30,219 bases of DNA from Deltaproteobacteria bacterium (GTDB taxonomy: Bacteria; Myxococcota_A; Polyangia; Haliangiales; Haliangiaceae). Below, in pieces: positions 1 to 7,215 of the stretch. Location: positions 1 to 30,219 of the forward strand of contig JBEPUF010000004.1 in assembly GCA_041691735.1 (NCBI GenBank), read 5' to 3'. The translations under genes were made by a program, and so were the position numbers. The notes below the pieces were generated by a model, which saw nothing but the letters and a program-made list of their open reading frames with translations, did no database searches and had not been told where the DNA came from. Within the stretch, counting starts at the first letter, position 1, and each line of letters opens with the position of its first letter.

Positions 1-2
1 GC

Positions 3-227
3 CCCCCCCGGGGCCGGGCGCCAGGGGCGCCCGGGCCGGCGCTCGCGGCGTCCGCGCCGGCCGCCGCAAACCTGCGCGACGCTGTCGACGACTTCACGCG
101 GTCGCTGATCGCGCGAACGGTCGCCGACTGCGGCGACAACTGGGCTGAGGCCGCGCGCCGCCTCGGCATGCAGCGTGGCAATCTGCACCGCCTCGCGACC
201 CGTCTCGGCCTGCGCGTGAGCCGATGA
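3..227 (+). CDS. norR: 3' end (partial) of a NorR-like sigma54-dependent activator, C-terminal HTH
   Basis: Frame 3 reads ANLRDAVDDFTRSLIARTVADCGDNWAEAARRLGMQRGNLHRLATRLGLRVSR* (TGA 225-227). The NWA..AR.L....NLHRLA.RLGL pattern is the NorR-type HTH. The 5' part is outside the window and the first ~60 nt look low-complexity. Confidence 0.75.
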   Translation, partial: PPRGRAPGAPGPALAASAPAAANLRDAVDDFTRSLIARTVADCGDNWAEAARRLGMQRGNLHRLATRLGLRVSR

Positions 228-273
228 GCGAGCTCCGGCCCGGCGCGCTCACGGCCTTCGCAGGCTGGAACCC

Positions 274-289
274 TGGCGCGCCCCTTGCT
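274..289 (+). promoter_or_regulatory. sigma54 -24/-12 promoter upstream of yeaO-like gene
   Basis: TGGCGCGCCCCTTGCT matches TGGCACG-N4-TTGCW with exact GG-N10-GC spacing. Confidence 0.7.
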
Positions 290-354
290 CCACTCGCGGC
301 AAGAAGCACATGACCGAACGCATCCTTCGAGCGCCGGCGCACGATCTTGCCGCG

Positions 355-720
355 ATGAGGATCGCCGTGAAGCGGGCCTACGAAGTGCCGAGCAGGGCGG
401 ACGGACGCCGCGTGCTGATCGATCGCATCTGGCCTCGTGGTGTCTCGAGGGAGACGCTCCAGCTCCACGAGTGGTCCAAGGACGTCGCACCGAGCACGCG
501 GCTCCGGACCTGGTTCGCGCACGACCCTACGAAGTGGCACGAGTTCAAGCGTCGCTACTTCGAAGAGCTCGACGAACAGCCGGAGGCCGTCGCTCGGCTC
601 GTCGAGGCTGGCCGTGGGAGGAAACTGACGCTGGTCTTCGGCGCGAAGGATCTCCTGCACAACAACGCCGTGGCGCTGAAGGACTACCTGGACCAGCGGC
701 ACGCGACCCCGACCAAGTAG
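355..720 (+). CDS. yeaO: DUF488-family protein, YeaO type
   Basis: MRIAVKRAYE...DGRRVLIDRIWPRGVSRE...WSKDVAPSTRLRTWFAHDP.KW.EFKRRY..EL...TLVFGAKD..HNNAVALKDYL. Alternative ATG at 310. Confidence 0.9.
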   Translation: MRIAVKRAYEVPSRADGRRVLIDRIWPRGVSRETLQLHEWSKDVAPSTRLRTWFAHDPTKWHEFKRRYFEELDEQPEAVARLVEAGRGRKLTLVFGAKDLLHNNAVALKDYLDQRHATPTK

Positions 721-726
721 GCCGCC

Positions 727-1242
727 GTGGACGTCCTTCGTACGCTCTACCTCGTGTCGGTCTGGCTCCACATTCTCGCTGCGATGACCTGGATCGGCGG
801 CATGGCCTTCCTCGTGCTCGTCGTGGTTCCGTGGCTGCGACGCGGCGACCGGGTCAACGCCGCCGCGTTCCTCGCGGACACCGGGCGGCGCTTCCGCAAC
901 GTCGGCTGGTCGTGTTTCGGGATCGTGCTCGTCACCGGCACCTTCAACCTATGGGTGCGGGGTGTCCGACTGCCCGACTTCATGCACCCCGAGTGGCGGG
1001 CAACGCCGTTCGGCAGGGCCGTCTTGTGGAAGCTCGCGTTGTTCACTGCTGTGCTCGTCGTGAGCGCCTACCACGACTTCGTCATCGGGCCGCGGGCGAT
1101 CATCGCGATCCGCAGCGATCCGCGATCCGAGGCGGCCGAAGCGCTCCGGCGACGCGCCTCGCTGCTCGGTCGCCTCAACGCGCTCCTCGCTCTGTGCCTG
1201 GTAGCGATCGCCGTGTTCCTGGTGCGCGGATGGCCGTGGTGA
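727..1242 (+). CDS. Four-helix membrane protein, DUF4149/CopD-like
   Basis: WLHILAAMTWIGGMAFLVLVVVP N-terminal motif and four hydrophobic segments. Starts 6 nt after the yeaO stop. Confidence 0.7.
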   Translation: MDVLRTLYLVSVWLHILAAMTWIGGMAFLVLVVVPWLRRGDRVNAAAFLADTGRRFRNVGWSCFGIVLVTGTFNLWVRGVRLPDFMHPEWRATPFGRAVLWKLALFTAVLVVSAYHDFVIGPRAIIAIRSDPRSEAAEALRRRASLLGRLNALLALCLVAIAVFLVRGWPW

Positions 1243-1266
1243 CGACCGGCGCGGCGCGGGCGCCGA

Positions 1267-1560
1267 TCAGCGTCGGGTGACCTCGGCGCGCCAGACCTCC
1301 GGCCCGTGCGCGATCGTGCGGAACTCGAAGCTCCCCCCGGCTCGGTGGCCTCGAGCGCGCAGTACATGCAGCACGGATCGTGGTCGACGGTGAGGTGCAT
1401 CGTCGCCTCCGGGCCGAGCGCGTGAGACGCGCCGAGGATGGTCTCGAGCCGGTCCTTCGGTTCGACGTCACGCAGGTCGAGGTCGATGCGCCGCGCATCC
1501 TGGCCGTGGCCGTAGCCGGCGCTCGTCCGCGAGGTGGAGCCACCGGATCCACTGGGGCAG
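1267..1560 (-). pseudogene. DUF2249-domain gene, frameshifted and lacking a recognisable 5' end
   Basis: Minus strand reads IDLDLRDVEPKDRLETILGASHALGPEATMHLTVDHDPCCMYCALEATEPG. After a shift in the C6 run at 1333-1338 it continues SFEFRTIAHGPEVWRAEVTRR* (TGA at 1269-1267). This fits the DUF2249 pattern (LDvR...DHDP...GPEVWRV.I). The 5' boundary is approximate. Confidence 0.7.
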
Positions 1561-1571
1561 CCGCGCAGGCT

Positions 1572-1885
1572 CGCGAGCTGGAGCGCACGCTGCTGCGCGC
1601 CGCGCTGCGGGCCCCGGGCGGTCGGCGGCGGGAGCCGGTCGTCGTCGACGTGTTGAACCTGGAAATCGACACGCCGGCAGCGCTCGCACCGATGCACGCC
1701 GATCCCGCGACGGTCGCGGCCGCGGTGCCGCTCCGAGACGCCATCGACGACTTCACCCGGCAGGTGATCTCCCGAACGCTGGCAGACGCCGGTGGCACCT
1801 GGGCCGAGGCCGCGCGGCGACTCGGCCTCGGCGAGGCAACCTGCACCGCCTCGCCCATCGCCTCGGCCTCCAACCGCAGGGCTGA
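1572..1885 (+). pseudogene. norR: Second NorR-like activator 3' fragment (end of AAA+ domain plus HTH), 5'-truncated and frameshifted
   Basis: RELERTLLRAALRA...PLRDAIDDFTRQVISRTLADAGGTWAEAARRLGL. After a one-base loss at 1830-1831 it continues RGNLHRLAHRLGLQPQG* (TGA 1883-1885). Clear paralogue of 3..227. Confidence 0.75.
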
Positions 1886-1892
1886 GCCGCTC

Positions 1893-1908
1893 GGGCGCGC
1901 CCCTTGCT
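1893..1908 (+). promoter_or_regulatory. sigma54 -24/-12 promoter upstream of usp
   Basis: GGGCGCGCCCCTTGCT, 15/16 identical to the 274-289 site, with GG-N10-GC spacing. Confidence 0.6.
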
Positions 1909-1930
1909 TTGCGACGTGTCGAGGCCTCGC

Positions 1931-2818
1931 ATGCCGCCGCGTTTTCCGACCATCGTCGTCGCCACCGACCTCGGCCCCGCCTCTGACGACGCGCTTCGTC
2001 GAGCGCACGCACTCGCACCGAGCACACTTGTCGTCTGCCACGTGCTCCCGGAGGAGATCGCTGACAATCCGATGTTCCCGCAGCGCGACCCGGCTGACGC
2101 ATTGCGCTCCGTGGATCTCCGAGCCTGGGCGATGCGCGCGGTGACGCGTCGGATGGCCGACGCCACGGAGCGTGCCCCTGGCACGTTCGAGGTCGTCATC
2201 CAGGAAGGAAGTCCACACGCCGAGATCGTGCGGCTTGCGGAGGTGCGTCGTGCCGATCTCGTCGTGGTCGGCAGCACCGGCGCGACAGGTCTGACGCGGC
2301 TCGTGCTGGGCAGCGTCGCGACCCGGGTGGCGCGCGCCGCGCACTGTCCCGTCCTCGTGGCTCGCCCATCGATTCCGGGCGGCCCCGTGCTCGCAGCGAC
2401 CGACCTCTCCGATCCATCAATCCCGCCGGTCTGCGCCGCCGCCGCCGAGGCACGCGCGACCGGCGCATCGCTCGTCACCCTCCATTGCGTCGAGCACCTG
2501 CCTCCGCCCGAGGGTGTGGGCCTGTTCGGAGGCCGGCCTTCCTCGCCAACGGAGGCGGCCGAGGACGCGCGGCGGATCGCCGGGCTACGTCTCGCGGAGG
2601 TCCTCACCCGCGAAGGTGTCGGCGGCGACCGCCTCGTCACCGTCGGCATCTCGGACGTCGAGATCGTGCGACTCGCCCGCGCGCTCGCGACCGACCTCGT
2701 CGTCGTCGGCACGCACGGCCGCACCGGGCTGTCGAGGCTGGTGCTTGGCAGCACCGCCGAGACCGTCCTCCGCGACGCACCGTTCTCGGTGATGGTGGTT
2801 CGGCTTGCGCATGCTTGA
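1931..2818 (+). CDS. Universal stress protein with tandem Usp domains
   Basis: Two repeats of (T/V)xAxxDLx...ADLVVVG(S/T)xGxTGLxRLVLGS(V/T)Ax.V.R.A.CPV/FSV. GAGG at 1921-1924 precedes ATG 1931. Confidence 0.92.
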   Translation: MPPRFPTIVVATDLGPASDDALRRAHALAPSTLVVCHVLPEEIADNPMFPQRDPADALRSVDLRAWAMRAVTRRMADATERAPGTFEVVIQEGSPHAEIVRLAEVRRADLVVVGSTGATGLTRLVLGSVATRVARAAHCPVLVARPSIPGGPVLAATDLSDPSIPPVCAAAAEARATGASLVTLHCVEHLPPPEGVGLFGGRPSSPTEAAEDARRIAGLRLAEVLTREGVGGDRLVTVGISDVEIVRLARALATDLVVVGTHGRTGLSRLVLGSTAETVLRDAPFSVMVVRLAHA

Positions 2819-2835
2819 ACGCGCGGGGGATCGGC

Positions 2836-3378
2836 ATGAGTCAGACGCCGCCAGCTTCGACGACGGCGCGCGCGGCCAGGCCGCCGGCGCCACGCAATGA
2901 CCTCCTTCGTTCTCCCAGCGCCGAAGCGAACGCACCGCATGTGCCAGCAAACTCGCCCTCACGAATGCCGGTTGCAGGTACGTGCTGCAAGTCATCGAAT
3001 CGAGAACACGCTCTCGAGATGAGTCGGTCGCGGCGCCGAGCCGCGCGAACCGGTGCTCCGGCGAGCGGCGCGCGACTTGCTCTCGCAACTTCTGCGTGTC
3101 CGTCATCGCCACGGCTTCCTGCTGGAACGATGCCCCCGCAGCAACCAGCGCGGCGCGGGGATCCTCGTCAACCTGCTCGAACACGAGCACGGCATGCCAT
3201 GCTCGCGCTCCGCGAGCTGCGTGGTCTCGTCCAGGCCGGCGTGGCGACCGCGCCGCGATCGTCGGGGAAGCTCGCCGCACGGCTTCGCGAGCTCGAGGTC
3301 GCGCTCGACGAGCACATCCGTCTCGAGAACTCCGTGTTGTTCCCACGCGCGCTCGTCGCCGACACCTCGCAGGCGTGA
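2836..3378 (+). pseudogene. Hemerythrin-like / Ric(ScdA/YtfE)-type di-iron protein, multiply frameshifted
   Basis: The C-terminus LRELEVALDEHIRLENSVLFPRAL matches the Ric HxxLENxxLFP motif. LLEHEHG joins HAMLALRELRGL if one C is restored at ~3193. Further shifts lie upstream. The start (ATG 2836 after GGGGGA) is tentative. Confidence 0.6.
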
Positions 3379-3419
3379 CGCGCACGGTGCTTGCACCAAC
3401 CCCGGACAAGGAGCCCATC

Positions 3420-3824
3420 ATGCTGCAGACCTCGGATCTCCATCCCCGCACCCCAGGGGCGCTGTCCGTTCTCGATCTCGACGCCGCCGGCGCCCGGCTG
3501 CGCGAGCAGGCGCCGTGGCGCGTCCATGGTCACGCCGCCGCGACGTTGGTGCGCGAGCCCGACCTGCGGGTCGTCCTGGTCGAGCTCCGCGCGGGCGCAC
3601 GCATGCAGGAGCACCGCACCATCGCGCGAGTCTCGATCCAGGCGCTGCGCGGCCGCGTGCACCTGCGCGTCGGCGACCACACGGTGAACCTGGTGGCCGG
3701 CCAGCTGCTGTTCCTCGACGGCAACGTGGCTCATGACGTCCAGGCCGACGCCGACAGCGCGCTGCTGGTCACGCTCGCCTGGCACGCCGACGCCGCCTCC
3801 GACACTGACCGCTGGCTACCCTGA
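3420..3824 (+). CDS. Cupin-domain protein
   Basis: AGGAG RBS at 3409-3413. TLVREPDLRVVLVELRAGARMQEHR...GQLLFLDGNVAHDVQAxxDSALLVTL. Confidence 0.85.
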   Translation: MLQTSDLHPRTPGALSVLDLDAAGARLREQAPWRVHGHAAATLVREPDLRVVLVELRAGARMQEHRTIARVSIQALRGRVHLRVGDHTVNLVAGQLLFLDGNVAHDVQADADSALLVTLAWHADAASDTDRWLP

Positions 3825-3832
3825 GGGATCCC

Positions 3833-4294
3833 ATGAACGCGCAACGATCCATCCAGCAGTATCTCGACGATCAACACGCGCTGCTCGAGCTCGGACTCTC
3901 CGCGCAGGAGCGCTCGATCGCCGCGCACGACTTCTTCGACGCCCACCAGCGGCTCGACGGCTTCCGGGCCCACCTCGATCGCTACGTGCGCGGCGAGGAG
4001 CGAGTCCTGTTCCCGTTCTATGAACACCTGCCGTCGGTACGACACGAGCCGATCGCCCGCCTTCGCCAGGAGCACGGCCACCTGCGCCGGATGATCGCGG
4101 CGCTGGCGAAGGTGATCGATCAGCGGGACGCCTCGCGCGCCCTCGACGCGCTCGCGACCCTTCGCAGCGTGCTGCTCGTCCACGGCGCCAAGGAGGACTG
4201 GTTGATCTATCCGCGCGTGGTCGACGCGATGCCTCGGTGGACGCAGGACATGATGATCCGCGCCCTCCGCGACGGCGCGAGGTTCGCGTCGTGA
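3833..4294 (+). CDS. Hemerythrin (HHE) domain protein
   Basis: H...RGEERVLFP...EHGHL...HGAKEDWLIYP pattern of His/Glu ligands. Confidence 0.85.
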   Translation: MNAQRSIQQYLDDQHALLELGLSAQERSIAAHDFFDAHQRLDGFRAHLDRYVRGEERVLFPFYEHLPSVRHEPIARLRQEHGHLRRMIAALAKVIDQRDASRALDALATLRSVLLVHGAKEDWLIYPRVVDAMPRWTQDMMIRALRDGARFAS

Positions 4295-5295
4295 GCGACG
4301 TGTCGCGACGGCAGGTGGTGGAGTTGTTCGGCGGCGCCGCGGCGCTGGCCACGCTGGCCGCGGCGTGCTCGCGGCATGATCCGGAGGCGACGCCGGCGCC
4401 CGCGCCGGGCCCGCAAGCGCAGGCCCCGGCGACGCGTCCCGAGATGTCGCGCGGCAAGCCACCGAGCCCTGCCGACTTCATGACGCTCTCGCCGGCCGCG
4501 CCGTTCCGGCCCGGTCGCGTGGTCGACGTCACGCTGGTCGCGCGCGAGGGCGACGGCGAGCGGATCCAGATCGCGCCTGATCGCAGCTACTCGTCGATGA
4601 ACTTCGACGGCCAGGTGCCGGGCCCGACCCTTCGCGTGACCGAGGGCGACCGCGTCCGTACGACGCTCGTCAACCAGGGCATGCTCGCCCACTCCATCGA
4701 CATCCACGCCGCGCGCACACCGTGGAGTACGAGCTACCGCTCGATCCCGCCAGGGGAGCGGCTGACGTTCGAGTGGACCGCCGAGCACGCCGGCGTGTTC
4801 ATGTACCACTGCGGTACGGAGCCGGCGATCATGCACATCGCCGATGGGATGTACGGCGCGGTGATCGTCGCTCCGCGGAGGCCGCGCCCGCCGGCGCGCG
4901 AGCTCGTGATCGTGCAGGGCGAGTTCTACGGCGGTGGCCACGACACCGCCGCCATGCTCGACGGGGCTCCCGTGGTGGTCGCGTTCAACGGTGCGGCGTT
5001 CCGCTACCGCGATCAGCCGATCGCGGTGCGCCGCGGCGAGCTCGTCCGCTTCTTCGTCGTCGTCGCCGGACCGAACCACGCCTGTGCCTTCCACGTCGTC
5101 GGCGGGCTGTTCCACCATGTCGAGCTCGACGGCAACCCGGACAACGCCATGGGCATCCGGCAAACCGTCGACATCCCGCCCGGCGGCGGCGCGATGTGCG
5201 AGATCGTCTTCGACGAGCCCGGCAGCTACCCGTTCATGTCCCACCGCTTCGCCGACGCGACCCGCGGCGCGATGGGGATGCTGGAGGTCACCTGA
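4291..5295 (+). CDS. nirK: Copper-containing nitrite reductase (two-domain), predicted Tat lipoprotein
   Basis: GTG overlaps the upstream TGA. SRRQVV twin-Arg motif and LAAAC lipobox. HSIDIH (T1 His, catalytic Asp, T2 His), YHC, HIADGM, FHVVGG (catalytic His) and MSH (T2 His) are all present. Confidence 0.85.
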   Translation: MSDVSRRQVVELFGGAAALATLAAACSRHDPEATPAPAPGPQAQAPATRPEMSRGKPPSPADFMTLSPAAPFRPGRVVDVTLVAREGDGERIQIAPDRSYSSMNFDGQVPGPTLRVTEGDRVRTTLVNQGMLAHSIDIHAARTPWSTSYRSIPPGERLTFEWTAEHAGVFMYHCGTEPAIMHIADGMYGAVIVAPRRPRPPARELVIVQGEFYGGGHDTAAMLDGAPVVVAFNGAAFRYRDQPIAVRRGELVRFFVVVAGPNHACAFHVVGGLFHHVELDGNPDNAMGIRQTVDIPPGGGAMCEIVFDEPGSYPFMSHRFADATRGAMGMLEVT

Positions 5296-5788
5296 GCGTC
5301 GTCAGGCGGCGAGCCGCGAGCATGCGCGCGATGTGCTCGTGCACGCGCGGCTCGTCGACGTGATCGGAGACGCGCACCTGCGAGATCGCGTGCATCCTGA
5401 CGAGCACGTCGCCGATCTCGTGACCGGCGAGCTGCTCGCACAGGTCGTAGAGACCGTCCCGATCCTCTTCGAGCGGATCGTGCTCCGCGAGGATGGAGCG
5501 GATCGTGCCGAGGAGCGCGTGGGTCGGGCTCGGTACCAGCAGCGATGCGATCGCGGCGTGGTCCGCGTGGAGCTGTCGGGTGATCGGGAGGCGCTCGCCG
5601 CCGCGGCGCGTGCGCGCATCCGCGAACAGGACCTTCTCCTCCATCGCGATGTGACGCAGTAACCCGGCTCGAAACGCCTTGTACGCCGCGAGATCCACGC
5701 GCGCCGGATCGGCCATGGCCTTCACCAACAGCGCGCGGAGTCGCGCGTGGTCTCGCGAGAGGTCCTGGTGGATCGCGCCGCGGGTCAT
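5288..5788 (-). CDS. Hemerythrin (HHE) domain protein
   Basis: DHARL...RHIAMEEKVLF...DHAAI...EHDPLEE. Downstream of nnrS on the same strand. Confidence 0.85.
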   Translation of the reverse strand: MTRGAIHQDLSRDHARLRALLVKAMADPARVDLAAYKAFRAGLLRHIAMEEKVLFADARTRRGGERLPITRQLHADHAAIASLLVPSPTHALLGTIRSILAEHDPLEEDRDGLYDLCEQLAGHEIGDVLVRMHAISQVRVSDHVDEPRVHEHIARMLAARRLTTLR

Positions 5789-5798
5789 CTGGCGCCGA

Positions 5799-7055
5799 TC
5801 ACCCGGGCTTCTGATCGACGCGCGGCGTGAGATAGATGCGACCCAGCCGCGCGATCCACGGCCCGAACGCGACCAGCCAGCCGACGGCGGCGATCGCGAG
5901 CCATGCCGGCGGATCCGAGGTCTGGTCGGCGATGATCCGCGTGACCGCGACCAGCTGGATCGCGACGAACGTGAACCACGCGACGCCGGGCATGACGAGC
6001 GGCCGCCCCGAATGGCCCTGCGTCACGCGGGTGACCATCGCGACCAGCGCGCTCCCGAAGAAGCCGATGAACAGCGCGTGCGCCGGCGCGAGCCCGAGCC
6101 GGAATGCGCCGGCGCTCGCGTAGGCGATGCCGTCGATCGTGTGGAGCACCATCGCGATCGGCAGCCACGCCAGCGCGACGAACAGCACCGTGAGGAGCCC
6201 TGGCTTGGGGCCGCGCGGCCACCAGCGCCACCACGCGATCGAGGTCAACACGGCGAGCGCGCCGTCGGGGATCCACAGCCATCGCAGCCCCTCTGCCAGC
6301 GCGAGCGCCAGGTGGAGCAGCACCGCCGACCACACCGCCGCGAGCAGCCACATCGGCCGCCACGGCTGGTAGCCGGCGACCACACCGCCCGCGAAGAACG
6401 GAAACATCCGATGCGCGACGGTGAAGAACACCAGGAACAGCGTGCCGAACCCGCCGAGCACGATGCTCGCCGGCACCCAGGACGGCGATGCCCCGAGCAG
6501 GAACGCGCCGAACGTGATGATGCCGGCGTAGCCCAGCAAGAGCGCGCCCACACACGATCGCGCGTGCCACGTGGTGCCCTCTTCGCGCCACAGCATCGGT
6601 ATCAGCACCGCGAGCGCAGCGCTCCAGCCGGCGAGCGTCAGCGCCGCGCCGACGAGGATCAACGCGTGTGACCCGAGCGCGCCTGCGAGCGTCGCGAGCT
6701 GTCCACTCACGAGGGCGGCGCCGATGGGGACGAACCGTCGCGCCGCGACCTCGGGCTGCTTCGTCCACTTGGGAAACGTGGTCAGCAGGAACCCGAAGAT
6801 GAAGCTCGGCAGCATCTGGTACTGCATCACGAAGGCGTGCAGCCAGCGCGGAAACACCGGCGGGTACGGCAAGGCGACGACTTCGGGCCACCGCGAGTGA
6901 ACGAGCCACGCCGCCCACCACACCATCGCGAGCATCACGTTCATCGCGCCCGCGAAGAACATCAGGCGATGAGGAGCGGCGCCGAGTCGACGCGCCGAGA
7001 CCGTCCACGATCTCGCGCCAACCTGCGGTACGGTGTTCTCTCCCGCAGCGCCCAT
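5799..7055 (-). CDS. nnrS: NnrS family membrane protein (NO response)
   Basis: APHRLMFFAG...HxFxMxY...GFLLTxxPxW...HALFIGFFGSALVAMVTRVTQGHSGRPL, about 12 hydrophobic segments. Start chosen at ATG 7055; the ORF is open to 7208. Confidence 0.9.
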   Translation of the reverse strand: MGAAGENTVPQVGARSWTVSARRLGAAPHRLMFFAGAMNVMLAMVWWAAWLVHSRWPEVVALPYPPVFPRWLHAFVMQYQMLPSFIFGFLLTTFPKWTKQPEVAARRFVPIGAALVSGQLATLAGALGSHALILVGAALTLAGWSAALAVLIPMLWREEGTTWHARSCVGALLLGYAGIITFGAFLLGASPSWVPASIVLGGFGTLFLVFFTVAHRMFPFFAGGVVAGYQPWRPMWLLAAVWSAVLLHLALALAEGLRWLWIPDGALAVLTSIAWWRWWPRGPKPGLLTVLFVALAWLPIAMVLHTIDGIAYASAGAFRLGLAPAHALFIGFFGSALVAMVTRVTQGHSGRPLVMPGVAWFTFVAIQLVAVTRIIADQTSDPPAWLAIAAVGWLVAFGPWIARLGRIYLTPRVDQKPG

Positions 7056-7215
7056 GGGTCGAGGTCTACCCCGGTGCCGCGGCCGCGCCAGGGCCACACG
7101 TGTGTCTTGTTGTCGCGTGGATCCGGGATGGGCTGGCCGCGCGGCCGCGCGCTCGACGACGCGCTGCTGAGCGCGGCGCTTCTCCGCCCCTTCGCGTTGA
7201 GCGTCCACGATCCGG

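Noticed and set aside
1-60. Extreme G/C homopolymer-rich start of the window
   Set aside because: It may be Pro/Ala-rich linker of the NorR-like gene or poor-quality sequence. No independent feature can be supported.
1380-2144. 254-aa ORF as a single gene
   Set aside because: It is a chimera of DUF2249 antisense, the norR fragment and out-of-frame usp sequence.
7075-7149. GG-N10-GC matches in the nnrS/narK intergenic region (TGGCGCGGCCGCGGCA on minus, TGGCCGCGCGGCCGCG on plus) and a CACACGTGTG palindrome
   Set aside because: They lack the TT before GC and are nearly all G/C, so chance matches are likely. Not counted as promoters.
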